Positions 41,499-54,029 of a stretch of DNA of 64,000 nt are shown piece by piece. This DNA comes from Camelus dromedarius (Eukaryota): NCBI RefSeq assembly GCF_036321535.1, contig NC_087437.1:92010001-92074000 (forward strand), written 5' to 3'. The translations under genes were made by a program, and so were the position numbers. The notes under the pieces were generated by a model, which did no database searches, was not told the DNA's origin, and saw only the letters and a list, made by a program, of their open reading frames with translations. Positions within the stretch are counted from its first letter, which is position 1. The number at the start of each line of letters is the position of its first letter.

Positions 41499-43839
41499 GT
41501 AGGAATGTAAAACAATGCAACCACTTTGAAAAATTGTTTGATGATATCTTAAAAGTCATACACTTACCTATCGTATGATCCAGACAATCCACTCCTAGGT
41601 ATCACCCACTGAAAATGAAGGCAGGTGTCCACACAAAAACTTGAACATGAATGTTCAATCCAGCTTGTTTATAAAATCTGGAAAAAATTCAGATATCTTT
41701 CATCAAGTAAATGAATAAACCAATGTGATGAAACCAGAGAATGTATTACAACTCATAAAAAAATGTCATGAACTACTGATACACACTACAATGTAGAAGA
41801 ATTACAAACTAATTTTATTCGTAAAAGAGACAAAAAAGTACATGTTTTAATTCAATTTACATACACTTCTAATATATACTGATAAAAATATCAGTGTGTG
41901 CCTGGAGGAGCTCTGCACTACAGCCTCAGGTGTTCCCTGTACTTAAACTAGAGTAGAAGCAGCTGCAGAGAATTGCTACTATCTGAAAGCTTCTGGAGAC
42001 TCAGTTTAAGATTAGATTTTTTTGCTTTCTTTTCCATCACCACCATGAAAGACAGAAATAGCTTTCACTATTGTTTGAATTGCCACTACTTCCATGACCT
42101 TCAAACCTTATCTAACCACAAAGAATCTGGCAAGCTGTAATCCAAATAAGCAATAAAACAAAACAAGCTTGAGCTCTTACAGAGACACAGTAACTGGAGA
42201 ACAGGAGCTGAAGCTAAGCTGACTGGGTTGGAGTGGTCTATCATTATCATGACTTTGCTGATTTAAACTCATCCCTCCCTCAAACCCATTAGAAAATAAT
42301 ACAGAAAGGAAATTCAGAATCTATTTAGATATTATTTAAATATCTTTATGATAAGAGTCCTGGCCAAAAATGAAAAATAAATAAATAAAAAGAGAAATTA
42401 GAAAATAATCAAATTCAATCAGGAATTATTTCACTGTGATTTTTTTAAACCAATAAAATAATACAAGCCAAAAAAATGGAGAAATGGTAATGACGAATAG
42501 ATAAAACAGAACAGCAGTGTATCTGTTGTTGAAACTGGGTGTTGCATGTGTGATTTTTAAAAGTAACATTCATGTTAAGCATTTTTTTTTAAATAATTGA
42601 AGTGGTAATTAAGAGTTAAGTGAAGGAATTAGTCATGATTTGGGATTTAGGTTTCAGATAAATTGGAAGAAACAGGTAATTATACAAACTGTATTCAGAA
42701 AGTAGATTTTGAAACCAATCCTTCTCAAAGATCTCTGCTTGATACACCCATGCTCATGTAGAAAAATAACTGAGAAAATATGTATTTTTAAGGCCCAACA
42801 TGTATATCTCAGCTTTCTGATCTGTTAGCTAATTAACAAACTCCTTTGTTTAGGCTGACAAGTTCTACTCCCTTGAAATAATTAAGCTCTTTTCTTAAGT
42901 ACTTTTTTTAAATAAAAAAAATTAATTTTAATCTCAGGAAGATTTATTATTAAATAGGATAACAAAATAAATCATGCCCATGGTATTAGCAATTTTGTAT
43001 TCAATTAAATCTGTTTAAATGTCATGTAACATTTTAGCAACTTAGTAAATTTGGAGGATCTAATACACTAGGTTTCAAATTTTCATTTAACATGTGGAAT
43101 TTTGTATTTTTTAAGATTTTAATTAGGAATGTATATGATAATTTATTTGATTTAGTCTATAAACAGCATTGGACTGAGCAAACTTTAATTTCACTGTATT
43201 AATAAATTAATATATTAAATTTAAGAGACATTTAATTGCTTCAAAAGTTTACTTAGTATGTCATATACAAAATTGAACTGTTTGAAAGAAAATGGAATAT
43301 ACTAAATTTTAAAGTTTGAACTATGAGGAAATTTAAGTTTTAAATTAAAATTATATGAGAATATAATCTGCTTAACTTGAGGTAAACAAACATGAATAAA
43401 ATAAAATGTAATTTTCTTTACTAGATTTATAAATATAACAGCATTATTTATAAGCTGAATTTAAATGCTTAAAGAATACTAGATTCTAAAGTTATTTTAA
43501 TAACTTAATATCAATTTAAAACTTGAATGGCTTTAATAAATTCTAATCTGTGCAGAAAGTTCACCTAAGAATTAAAAACATCTCACAGTAAAATTGGCCA
43601 CTCTGTGAAAACAATGCATCTCCAAAGGGGAAAAATATATATTTTATTTATTTATTCTGTATTTATCAACATATTGACATAGGACCAAGCTTAATTTCTC
43701 AATCAAGAAATGTTTTATTAAACCAGGGAAGATTCAAGTCGAAGGAGATAATAGTGGATGAAATTAGGAAAGAAAAATTATGGAATTAGAGAGGTGAGTA
43801 AAAATGAGAGATCATTAGGAAGAAAATCAATAGTCTGAG

Positions 43840-44470
43840 TGTTAGGCAGTTAGATAGAAATGAGCACCGATTAACAGGAGAGGAAGGGGGAAAGAGCAAC
43901 CAGAAAATAACAGTACGCCTTTACTCAGAATAAGGGGCTCCAAAAACTTACTTTCTCTAAAATGAGGGCCAGCGAAGAAGCTGGTTAGGATTGAACACTG
44001 CAGCCGCTCAATAGAGAGAAGATTCTGGCTTAACCTGACACAATGCTCATTATAACGTAACTAACATTGCAGTTTGAGCCCCCTCCCATAGGTTTCTCTG
44101 CGTGCATTGTGGATAAGAACCTGCACAAAAGGGATGAGCACGAGGAACGTGATCTGTAAATCAGCCTTAGCACTCAAAGAACCTGAGCTGTCAATCAGCC
44201 TGAGCACTCAAAGAACCTGAGCCATCAATCAATCAATCAGGAAAACGCCCCCTAACGCTAAGCCAGGATATAAAAACAGAAAAAACAAAGGAAAGGTACC
44301 ATTTTTTCTTGGATTGGCCGGCTCCCAATTCTCAGGAGTGTAGTTTGGTTTTTTACCTTTTTATTTTACTAATAAAATCTTGTTTATACCACGCTTTCTG
44401 TCTCTTGTTAAAAATTCATTTTTTTCTGCTAAGAACCAAGGTAATTCTTATTTCCCTCCTGCTGGTAGCA
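43840..44470 (+). mobile_element. ERV1-class solo LTR, relatively young (631 bp)
   Basis: TG...CA termini, 4-bp TSD tgag/taag, TATAAAA at 44269, AATAAA at 44371, tandem U3 repeat, many retained CpGs. Confidence 0.9.
44159..44276 (+). promoter_or_regulatory. LTR U3 promoter: 34-bp x2 repeat, CAATC repeats and TATA box
   Basis: aatcagccttagcactcaaagaacctgagctgtc / aatcagcctgagcactcaaagaacctgagccatc, then aatcaatcaatcagg, then TATAAAAA at 44269-44276. Activity untested. Confidence 0.6.
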
Positions 44471-46204
44471 TAAGTGATGGATTAGATATAAAGTTGAAGA
44501 TTAAATTGTGATTCCTTGGTCTCTGGCCCCTTGGAACAGTTCAGGCATGTTGTCATTCACTGGAATAAGGAACTCTAGAGGAGGCCATTTTAAGGGATTG
44601 AGGTGCATGGGTTGGATTTAGTTTCTCAATATTAAGTTTGGGGTTAATACATGTTTAGGACTCAGAGAAGATACCAGAGCTAGAGATATAAATTTGGGAG
44701 TCACTTAGATATAAATATTTAACCAACCTACTCAGAAAAAGTTATATAGACTGAGAAGAAGAAAGTTCAAGATGAAGTGTCAAGAACCCCAACACTAATG
44801 CTTAATTAAGTAAATGAAAATGTGATGGCAGGTAAAAAAAAAAAAAAAAAAAAAAAGGACAGAGTGACCAAAGTGGTAGAAGAAAAACCAGCAAAGTTTT
44901 GTCAGGGAATACAACAGATGAGAGATTTTTCAGTCCAAATGTTCCTAAGAAGTTAAGCAAGACAAAATATAAAATATCCAATAAACGTAAAGACATAGAG
45001 GTACGGGTCATTGGTAACCTTAGTAAGACTAGGAGTGTAAGTAAGGTTGAAGTCGGATGTAGAGGTGTCAGAAAGTTAGTGAAAGAAATTCATCCATAAT
45101 GGAAGGAGGCTGATTAGGCAACAGGAGGACCATGTGTGGTCAACATTGTATGTTTAGTATTTTCTCTTAAAACAGGAGATACTGTAAAGTGGCAGAATGT
45201 GGATATTGAATGTACAAGAGAAAGTAGTTGGATTTTCAGTTCTTGAGATGGCAAAAGGAACCATAATCTACGGCACAATTTAATCACCTAAAATATTTGG
45301 AGGAACAGCCCCTGCATTGTACCAGGAAATAAACTGCGGACACAGGAAGATTGGTAGGAGGCTTTCCCATCTTAAACCTTCTGCGTGGAGAGGATTTAGT
45401 GGAAGATCAGATGTGTGTAAATAATGGAAAAGTTTTAAAGTTACTGTCTTAGCAAATTAGGGCACTGAATTTGAACACAGAATTTTAGTAGCATGCATCA
45501 ATTGAAATGTCAAACTCCATTGCAATCATCCTTAAGGTTCTTGGTTCTGTGTCTTTCATATCTGCAACATGCCCTTATTACAACTAACAAAGCACAGAAA
45601 TAACTTACAAATTCTTTCACTGTTTGTGTTTTTGTCATGCCAGGTAAGGAAATTCAGGTTGTTAATGAATGAATGTGATATGAACTTTTTGCTGGATAGA
45701 ACACAAATGAAGAAAGAACTGACAGGAAAAAAAAAGGATATGGATTGGGTGTTTTAATGAAAAGAAATTATTTATAGTTTTCCTTATGACTAAGGAAGTC
45801 AGTTTTTTTTTTTTTTTTTTTTTTTTTTTCTAGACAGGCATATGCTTTGTTAACTTTAGAGATTAGAGTCAAGGCTATCAAAAGTTCCTCTTGCGGAGGA
45901 GGCATTTAAAAAATAATGGTAAAAAAGTCTTTATAAATCAGGAGGTTAAGAAATTATGGGTCAAAATCATCAGAAGGAAAGTTATCCATGCAATGTATGA
46001 AACCATTCAAAGAACTGAACAATGTCTTTTGTGAAAGAGTCAGTTTTTAAGAATTTAATGTGTGTCAACTATTAGGAGTGAGGAAAGATCGTTGGGGAGG
46101 GGTTTTAAACAATGACAGGGACCACAAAGCCTTATACATATTTTACTTTGGTGGTGTGTTGACTTGTTTTCCTAGAAGGTGGTGAGGAAATGGGCTAGAA
46201 GCAA

Positions 46205-46400
46205 TAATTAAGAATATCACGTGGGGCGGGGTGGAAGGGGAGAGGTACTTTTCAGGGAAGAAAAGGTTCAGTCACAAAAGGAGCAGAAGCTATAATTAGG
46301 AGTATCACCTGGGGCCGGGTGCGGGGGGAGGGGAGAGGTACTGAAGAGGAAACTCTTCAGGGAAGAAAAGTTTCAGTCGCAAAAGAAGGCACAGGAAATT
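46205..46400. repeat. Imperfect G-rich tandem duplication (copies start 46205 and 46293)
   Basis: taattaagaatatcacgtggggc...ggggagaggtact...ttcagggaagaaaaggttcagtcacaaaag versus taattaggagtatcacctggggc...ggggagaggtact...ttcagggaagaaaagtttcagtcgcaaaag. Confidence 0.9.
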
Positions 46401-46600
46401 ATTTCATGAAAGAGTGATAAAGCCACCGAAAATATGTAAATTCCTTTAAGGAAGAATTTGGGAGGTAGAGGATGAACAGAGGTCATAACTGAGATACAGG
46501 ATAGTTGGGAGAGATTTGACCTAGGAACTGAAGTTTCATGTATTAATTTCTGAAAACACGTAACAGGCCTGGGGATCTGGTTTAAAGAATATTTGAGGTC

Positions 46601-47309
46601 TATATTCATTTTCTATGTCTGAGTAACAAATTACCACTAATTTAGTGGCTTAAAATAATGCCCATTTAGTAACTCACATTTTTGTAGGTCAGAAGTCCAG
46701 GCAGGCGTGAGGGTTCTCTGCTTAGAATCTCTTAAGACCAAAATCAAGATTTCAACCAGTTTGGGTTCTTAACTGGAGTGTCCGGAGAAGAATTTGCTTC
46801 CAAACTCATTCAAGTTGTTTGTAGAATCCTGTTCCTCCAGGCTGACTGAGGGCCCTATTTTCTTACTGGCTCTCAATCAGGAGGTGCTCTTAATTCAGAG
46901 AATTTGCTTCCAAACTCATTCAGGTTGTTTGTAGGATCCAGTTTCTCAGGGCTGACTGAGGGCCCCATTTTCTTACTGGCTCTTGATCAGGAGGTGCTCT
47001 TAGCTTCTGAAGGCTATCAGTCCCTTTTCTTTTTCATGGAGCCTCCTCCATCTTCAAAGCCAACAGCAGCCACTGCTGTGCCTTGTGCCTTGAATCCCTG
47101 ATTTTACTTCTGCCAACAGGTGGGGATAGTTCTCTGCGTTTAAGAGCTCACGTGATTTGAGCAAGCCTACCAGGGACTCTACTTTCCTTAAAGTCAAACA
47201 TGCCATATAACGTAACAATCACCAAAGTAATGTCTGCTTATATTGTCAGTTTCTGGAGAATTCGGGTTTGGTATCTTTGGGAGACATTTTACAAATTCTG
47301 CCTACCATA
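46601..47309 (-). mobile_element. MaLR solo LTR, MLT1E-like, full length with internal duplication
   Basis: 'gtaacaaattaccactaatttagtggcttaaaa', 'ttgcttccaaactcattcaagttgtt', end 'aattctgcctaccata'; perfect TSD AGGTC (46596-46600 and 47310-47314). Confidence 0.9.
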
Positions 47310-47329
47310 AGGTCTTCAAGGAACGTACG

Positions 47330-47481
47330 AATAGTCAACCTGGAGTACACGTTAGAATCAATCGCAATTCAAATTGGGCTCTTTCCCAGGACAATCAAAT
47401 TAGAATTTCTGAGGGTGGAGACGAGGGATCAGTATAAAGCTTCCCAGTCACCTTAGTGTGATGATGGTCTTAGCAGTTGCT
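47330..47481. mobile_element. hAT-Charlie MITE, MER5A-like
   Basis: 'tacacgttagaatca', 'aaattagaatttctgagggtggagac...atcagtat...aagcttccca'. Confidence 0.6.
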
Positions 47482-48311
47482 AAGACTTAGGACAGTTTCA
47501 GCTAACTAACACCAGATTTTTCCAGTCTCACTTGACTCTAATTGGTGATACCCCAGTGTCTCTTTCTAATTTGAAAGATTCTGAGAGTTCTAATTAAGTT
47601 GAATATTTGTGTGCACATTATGGCCCACATGTGAACAATGCACATTTGCACATAGGAAACAATCTACAGATGGACAAGTAGGTCTTGCCAGATTTAGAGA
47701 ATCATTTAAAAACATTCAAAACCTGCTGAAGCATTAAATCACTTTCAGAGGTGGTTTATGCAATAGGAATATCAGATCTCTGAAACAGTGGACAACATTA
47801 AAGATACTGATAAAGCATGTAAGCATTAGGAATATTATTTGATATTTTGTAAAGGTATAAACAAGCCTTTGTAAAACTGAAAGACTTTCTAGTTTAAATT
47901 TTTCTGGAATTATGTTAACATCAAGTCAGAGCTTATTACTGTAATTACTGAATAACTCCAAATTATTCCCTAAATTTGATTTAAATCCATCTGATCACAG
48001 ATAATGTGTTTATTTCAAAATGACAAATGATCATAATATCAAAAATTAAATATGCTGAAAATATTAAAAATGTTTTCATTCTGATTATATTTGAATCTGG
48101 ATGTATGTCCCATACAACACATATATAGCTGACCTGTTTAAATTGGGAAATATTATTCTAAGATTCTGAAAAATGAACAGACAATTATAGTTCTCAAGGA
48201 CCTCAACAATCCAGTATGTGAAGTAGAAATACTATTTTTATTCTAAATACATATTAATACTAAATACTAAAACAATAACAGTAGTATTAATACTAAATAT
48301 TAAAAACAATA

Positions 48312-48556
48312 ACAATAATGGTAAGAACACTTACTGAGTAAACTTGGTTGAAAGGTTAACAGATTAACTAATTTAGTCCTCATACCCACTATGGCACTGG
48401 TACTTTTGTTTTTTAAACCACATTTTCCAGAAGAGAAAATGAAGCCCAGAGAGTTCCAATAACTTGGCTAAGATTACACAGCTTTTTAGTCCCATTGGGA
48501 CTAGATTTTAATTCAGGCAGTAAAGCTGCAGAAGGCATACTTTTAGCCACTTTGCT
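48312..48556 (-). mobile_element. MIR SINE
   Basis: 'cattttccagaagagaaaatgaagcccagagagtt...taacttggctaagattacacagct'. Confidence 0.75.
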
Positions 48557-49074
48557 CTACAGACTCCTGCAGTGGCAGAACCAGTTTTCACAAAACTGCA
48601 ATGTGGAAGAAAATGTTTGAAGGCTATATGCAAATATAAATTATTTATTTAGATTTGAGAAGTGATATTGAATTGAAGGTAGAATTTCACCAGGTGAAAA
48701 TTTGAAGGTACAGAGTATTCAGGACATTGGCAATATCATGAAGTTCTGATGAATAGACTGAAACACTGAGAATACATTATTATCTTTCTTTTATAAATCT
48801 CAAAGGGATGTATTTAATATGATCCCTTCATTATATCATCTCTTACCTATTCTTAAAACACTTTAATTTGGCTTTTAACTATTCCACAGAAGTATTTTCT
48901 CTGCATTATCTTTCTCTACTTTTTTGAAATTATTGGATCAATTTATATAAAAATTTTTGTCAAAGTATTTGACACAAAATTTGTATATATTTGCATATCT
49001 ACCATAAGCATACAAGGAAAACAAACACCAGCATTTAAAACATATTTTATTATTTAGAGTTATTAATTATTACC

Positions 49075-50185
49075 TCATTTTGATGACTTTTCTTATAGAA
49101 TGGAAATTTCTCAATGTAACAAGGACATTTACATAAACTACAAGTAACAACATACCTAGTGGTGAACTAGTGAACACTTCCCATTATAACTGGAAACAAT
49201 ATGCTAACTTTTACCACTCTTACTCAAAATTTTTCTGGAGTATGTATACAGTGTAATGACAAAAATGCATAAAGATTCAAAAGCTAGAAGTAAAATTACC
49301 TTTATTGACAAAGATATAACTATTTACATACATTGCTCTGACAAATCTCAGGATGCATAAGTAGAACTAATTAGTAAATTCATCAGTCTTGTAATAAAAG
49401 GTCAATATACAAAAATCAGTGGCACTTATTGTATTTCAATATTAAACTATCAGATAGTATGATATAATTAAAAATAACAAATTCATATATTATTAAACAA
49501 CATAAAATACTCAGCATGTGGGTTAAATTATGGCCCTCAAAAGATATGCCTATGTTCTAATCTCTAGAACCTGTGAATGTTACCCTATTTGTCAAGAGTG
49601 TTTGCAGGTACAAGTGAATTAGGGATCTCAAAATGAGATTATCCTGGACTATTCAGATGATACCTAAACCTACCTAAACCCACTGGTAAGTGTTCTAAGA
49701 GAAGAACTGAGGAAAAGGCAATGTGAACATGGAAGCAGAGATTGTAGTGACATTGCCAAAAGCCAAAAAATGCTGACAGTCAGCAGAAGATAAAAGAGGC
49801 AAGAAATAGAATCTCTCCTAGAGTCTGCAGAGAGAATGCAGATCTGCAGACAAACAGATTTTAGAGTTCTGGCCTCCAGAGCTGTGAAAGAAAACTTTCT
49901 TATTTTAAGATATCACATTTGCAGTAATTTGTTGCAGCAACTCTAAGAAACCAATATATTTAGTAACACATTTAACAAAGTGCATGTAAGATATATATTG
50001 AAAACTATAAGTATTGCTAAAGGAACTTTTAAAAATAACCAGAGAGAAACATAATACTAAAACATGTAATATTGTTAAGTGATCTTTGTCCTCAACTCGA
50101 TCTACAGATTTAATTCACTCAAGTAAAAATCCCCAAAGACTTCTTTCCCTACAAATTTACAAGTTTTGTTTACAATCTGCATGGA
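49075..50185 (+). mobile_element. Old L1M ORF2 RT fragment, interrupted by an MLT1 LTR
   Basis: 'aagtaacaacatacctagtggtgaa', 'aaggtcaatatacaaaaatcagt', 'gatctacagatttaat'. Confidence 0.7.
49515..49958 (+). mobile_element. MaLR solo LTR, MLT1C/D-like
   Basis: 'atggccctcaaaagatatgc...ctaatctctagaacctgtgaatgttacc', 'ttctggcctccagagctgtgaaag', end 'gcagcaactctaagaaaccaatata'. Confidence 0.85.
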
Positions 50186-50204
50186 ATTGATGAATATCCA
50201 AGTT

Positions 50205-50623
50205 ATTCCATTTTCCCCAATAGGCTTGTCTGAGCTCCAGGTTAGACAGAACAAAGGCCAATCCTTTAGGCAGCCCCAGACAAATTAGAATATTACAAAA
50301 AGGTATTTTCTGGCCCATCCCGTTCAAAAGAGTGTATTTTGAACTGAGTTCTTGCCTCCTCTAGAACAAGACTGCACCTTGAAGAGCAGGGGGTGGGCCA
50401 AGGGTGAGTAAAAATGATAAATTTTCCTACCATTTTGAATGTGGCTTTTTTGAGTGGATGTTCACTTGGTTGTTGTAGACTTTTGAGTGTTTTCCAGAGT
50501 TTGTATAAAGTTACTTTAGCTAGTGTCTAGTAGTTTTTGTTTATTTGTTTTGTTTTGTTTTTAATATTTCTGTAGATGATGAGGGCTTGGAGTTTCCTAA
50601 TTGACCATTTTGTTAATGTAACT
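50205..50623 (-). mobile_element. L1M 5' UTR fragment
   Basis: Ends 'ttcctaattgaccattttgttaatgtaact', the same type of L1M 5' terminus as at 11800-11823. Confidence 0.65.
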
Positions 50624-53119
50624 CTGAAAATTTGATATTTAATATTTCAGATATTACCCAGAACTTCTTGATGTGATTTGTTTCTCAGGAAATGTTGAAA
50701 TAATCTCAATGAATTAATAGTAATCATCATTTATTTAATATATGTCAGGACCTGTAGAAAACATTTTCATAATGTTTTTTAACCTTTCGATTCTCAGATA
50801 AAAAATACTAGAGGTACCAATGGTTAAAGCAACGTTTTTTCTAACATTACTTTCTCTATTACTAACTTTGCAACATTGGGATTGTTCTTTATGTATATTT
50901 TATAGGATTGTTATATTAATGCCATGATTCTTAAGATTGATTTTAAGTTCCGTGCATACGATATCAGAACTGTTTAATAATTTGAACTTTCTATTGTTAT
51001 CTTTATGTGGCTATATACTAAAAGGTCCAGATTTTAAAGTTGATTGGCTCCAAATTATGGGTTTTTTACTACCTATATTTTGGGTGAATATTTAATATAA
51101 CATTGAAACATCTATTATTACTCTCTCTGATAGTAAAGCAATACTAATGTAGTATGATGCAGCAGCCCTGTTGATGCCAAACACTGGTAAACATAACTCT
51201 CAATTTTTATTTCTACTTGTATAGCTTTAACAAGAAATTACAATGAATGAAGTTTCAAAAGCACTTTTTTTAGTAGGGGGAAGCTAGAAAGAAGGGTAGA
51301 AATTTATTTAGAATATTATGATTTCTACAGGTATATTTTCTGAGAACATCCTAGCAATGGAAAGAAATATTATGATCAACATTGTCATTTTAATTTTTTC
51401 TAAGCCACAGTTCTTCCTGTAAGCAAGCTATAATTCTGTCAGACAGAACAGGAAATATGTTGAATAGTTTTATTATGTTTTGCATGCATATACTCCATGC
51501 TTTTTCTCTCTGTGCATTTTAAATGTTACAATTTTTAAAAGGTAAAACAGACAAATACAAACATATTTAATTCATACACTCTTGAAATGCAAATAGACTG
51601 AATAAATGAGCAAACTATACTGCATGCTACTGCTATCATCTATTTTAGGATATTTTGAAGTTCTAAAATTAGATGTTTTCTATATTCTAGAATATAAATA
51701 TTTGAGCCAAATAAATATACAAACACAAATCTTAAAATCTACCTTTATATGTATTACTACACGTTGTCATTTAAAACTAAAATAAGTATAATTCAAATTA
51801 ATCAAGTTCTAATTAAACTATGTAGTACCTCTATTTCTATCTGAAACATCTGTTAAATAAATGGTTGCTTAAAATTGTTCAGATAAACAGAGAACACCAT
51901 TTGTATGTTGGCTAAACTTTACGGATGCTACTAAAGTTAATTCAGATAACTAAATTGAACTGAGTATAAAACTGAGTCATGATTTTTTTCTTTTGTTAGA
52001 TGGCAGATAAAAGGTGTTTTTAATTATAGGGAAGTGGAAAACTGGATAGTAATTATTAAGAGTTAGAAGTGGTGTTTAAGACTATCGTCCAATTTTCTCT
52101 GTGCTCAAAAGTTTTAAGTGACTTCCCTTTACTTCTCAAGTTGTCATCAAATACTGGATAGGAGTTCAGAATGTGAGTCCTCCAGTAAATTTTTTCCCCC
52201 TCTACCAAAATACTCTATCTTTAGATGATATATTTCTTTTATTTCCCCAAAATATTTTGATGAAATTATCAGGGAATTTGATATGTAAGCAAGTAGCAAA
52301 TAGATTAACAACTAACCAGCTTTACTTCATTTTTCCTCCTGTCTTAAATCCAGCTAAAGAAGAATTTATCCCCATTGGTCTCTTTAGTCTGTATACACCA
52401 AAGTTACAAAATATCCCTAAGTGACAATGATCAATTCTAGATTTTTATTTTACCATCCGACTTGCTTTTCAGTGGTATTTGAAACAACTGCTCACTCCTG
52501 CTTTCCTTAAATTCTTTTTCACTTGGCTTTCAGTACCCATATTCTACTGATTTCCTTTTACTTAACTGGTCATTTTTTATGTTTTTAATTTTCTGGATCT
52601 TCCTCCTTGTCTCAAACTTTGAATATTAAAATATTTCAAGACTTATCTTTTTGCCACTTTTCTTTTTCATCTATAGTCTACTAAAGCATTCACTTCAAGA
52701 TTCCTGGCTCTCATAAGCTTGTATTCACTAATTCTCAAATCCTTTTCTCAACTCTCAGTTACCAGTTATAGGTGTGTTTGTGTAGCCACCTGTGAAGCAC
52801 AGCTTAGGTCCATAATGCCTGTGGCTCCATGCTTAGAATATAACGTGGATGTAACTATGCATCACCAGGTACAGGAATAATCCCTGCCCACCCTCATCTC
52901 CTTTCATCTGAAGCCCTTGTCCCCTTTTATTTATGCAATGACTTCCTGACTGGTCCCCTTGCTTACACTAATAATTCCATGTAGGCTATTCTCCATTAAT
53001 CATCTAGAATATTATAGATCAGCAAAGCATACTCATTATTTTCCTACTTAATGTGTTCTAGTGGTTTCCACAAAGTTAGAACAAAAATCAAAGTATACTA
53101 TCAGGCTCTAAATGATATG

Positions 53120-53632
53120 ATCTCATACTTTCCTATTACTGCTGTATCCAAATGCTACAAACTTAGTGGCTTAAAACAATACAAATTTACCACCTTATAG
53201 TCCTGAAGATTAGAAGTCCTAAATGGGTCACACTGGGCTAAAATCAAGGTGTCAGGAGCACTGTGTTCCTTCTGGACGCTCTAAGGGAGAATTCATATTT
53301 TTGTTTTTACCACATTCTCTCAGCGTCCCACACTCCTTGGCTTGTAGCCTCCTTCTATTTTTAAGTCAGCAATGGCTATCTGAGTACTTCTTATTTGTTT
53401 TACTCTGACACTGATGCTCCTGTCTCACTCTTTCACTAACAACGACCTTTGTGATTACAGTGTGCCAACCCAGCTAATCCAGCATAATTATCTCACCTCA
53501 GAGTTAGCTGACAAGTAATCACAATTTCATCTGTAATTTTAGTTCTCCTTTGCCATGTAACATAACATATTCATAGATTCTAGGAATTGGGATGTGGACA
53601 GTTTTGTGGGGCCATTATTTTGACCCGCCCAC
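53120..53632 (-). mobile_element. MaLR solo LTR, MLT1D-like
   Basis: 'acaaacttagtggcttaaaacaatacaaattta', 'gggctaaaatcaaggtgtcag', 'ggatgtggacagttttgtggggccattatt'. Confidence 0.85.
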
Positions 53633-53996
53633 GGCTCTTGGCTACATCTTTAAGCGCCTATCTTAATATACCCCTCCTGTTTATTTCATGCATTTATACT
53701 AGTGACCTTAATTTTCTTTCAATGTGTCAGGTTTGTTTCCATGTCAGGGAATCTACATATCTGCTTCTTTCTACTTGGAATAATCTTCTTATAGGTTTTC
53801 AAATGACTTTTTTCTTCTCTCATTCAGATTCTCTCCAAATTTACATCTCAAAAGTTTTCCTTCATCATTCTATTTAAAATTCTCTTCCATCCCTTCAACT
53901 TTTTAAATTAACTTTCTTTTCTATGTACATAGCCAGTACTACCTACCAGTATCTATCAATCATTACATTTTACTTTTATGTAATACTGTATCTATA

Positions 53997-54029
53997 TGTG
54001 TGTGTGTGTGTGTGTGTGTTTGTGTGTGT
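53997..54029. repeat. (TG)n microsatellite
   Basis: About 16 TG units with one interruption. Confidence 0.95.

Larger units (their letters stand above)
35303..41910 (+). mobile_element. Near-full-span ancient L1M (5' UTR, ORF1, ORF2, 3' end) hosting a second L1 segment and an ERV LTR
   Basis: 5' 'atttcaggccaagatgg'; ORF1-like at about 35950-36750; ORF2 EN-like from about 37170 ('ataattacatttagtgtagtagtttaaacccccaattaaa'); 3' region 41499-41910. Confidence 0.85.
43740..45330 (-). mobile_element. L2 LINE fragments (host of the 43840 LTR)
   Basis: 'gagctagagatataaatttgggagtca', 'ggtcattggtaaccttagtaaga', 'tagtttctcaatattaagtttg'. Confidence 0.65.

Noticed and set aside
40903..44470. Two same-orientation ERV1 LTRs as the ends of one provirus
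   Set aside because: The LTRs are not alignable over their length, each has its own TSD, and the spacer is L1/L2/unique DNA with no PBS, PPT or gag/pol.
45803..45833. T-tract plus CTAG as a splice acceptor or retrocopy tail
   Set aside because: No adjoining SINE or mRNA body, no TSD and no supporting exon; treated as a simple homopolymer.
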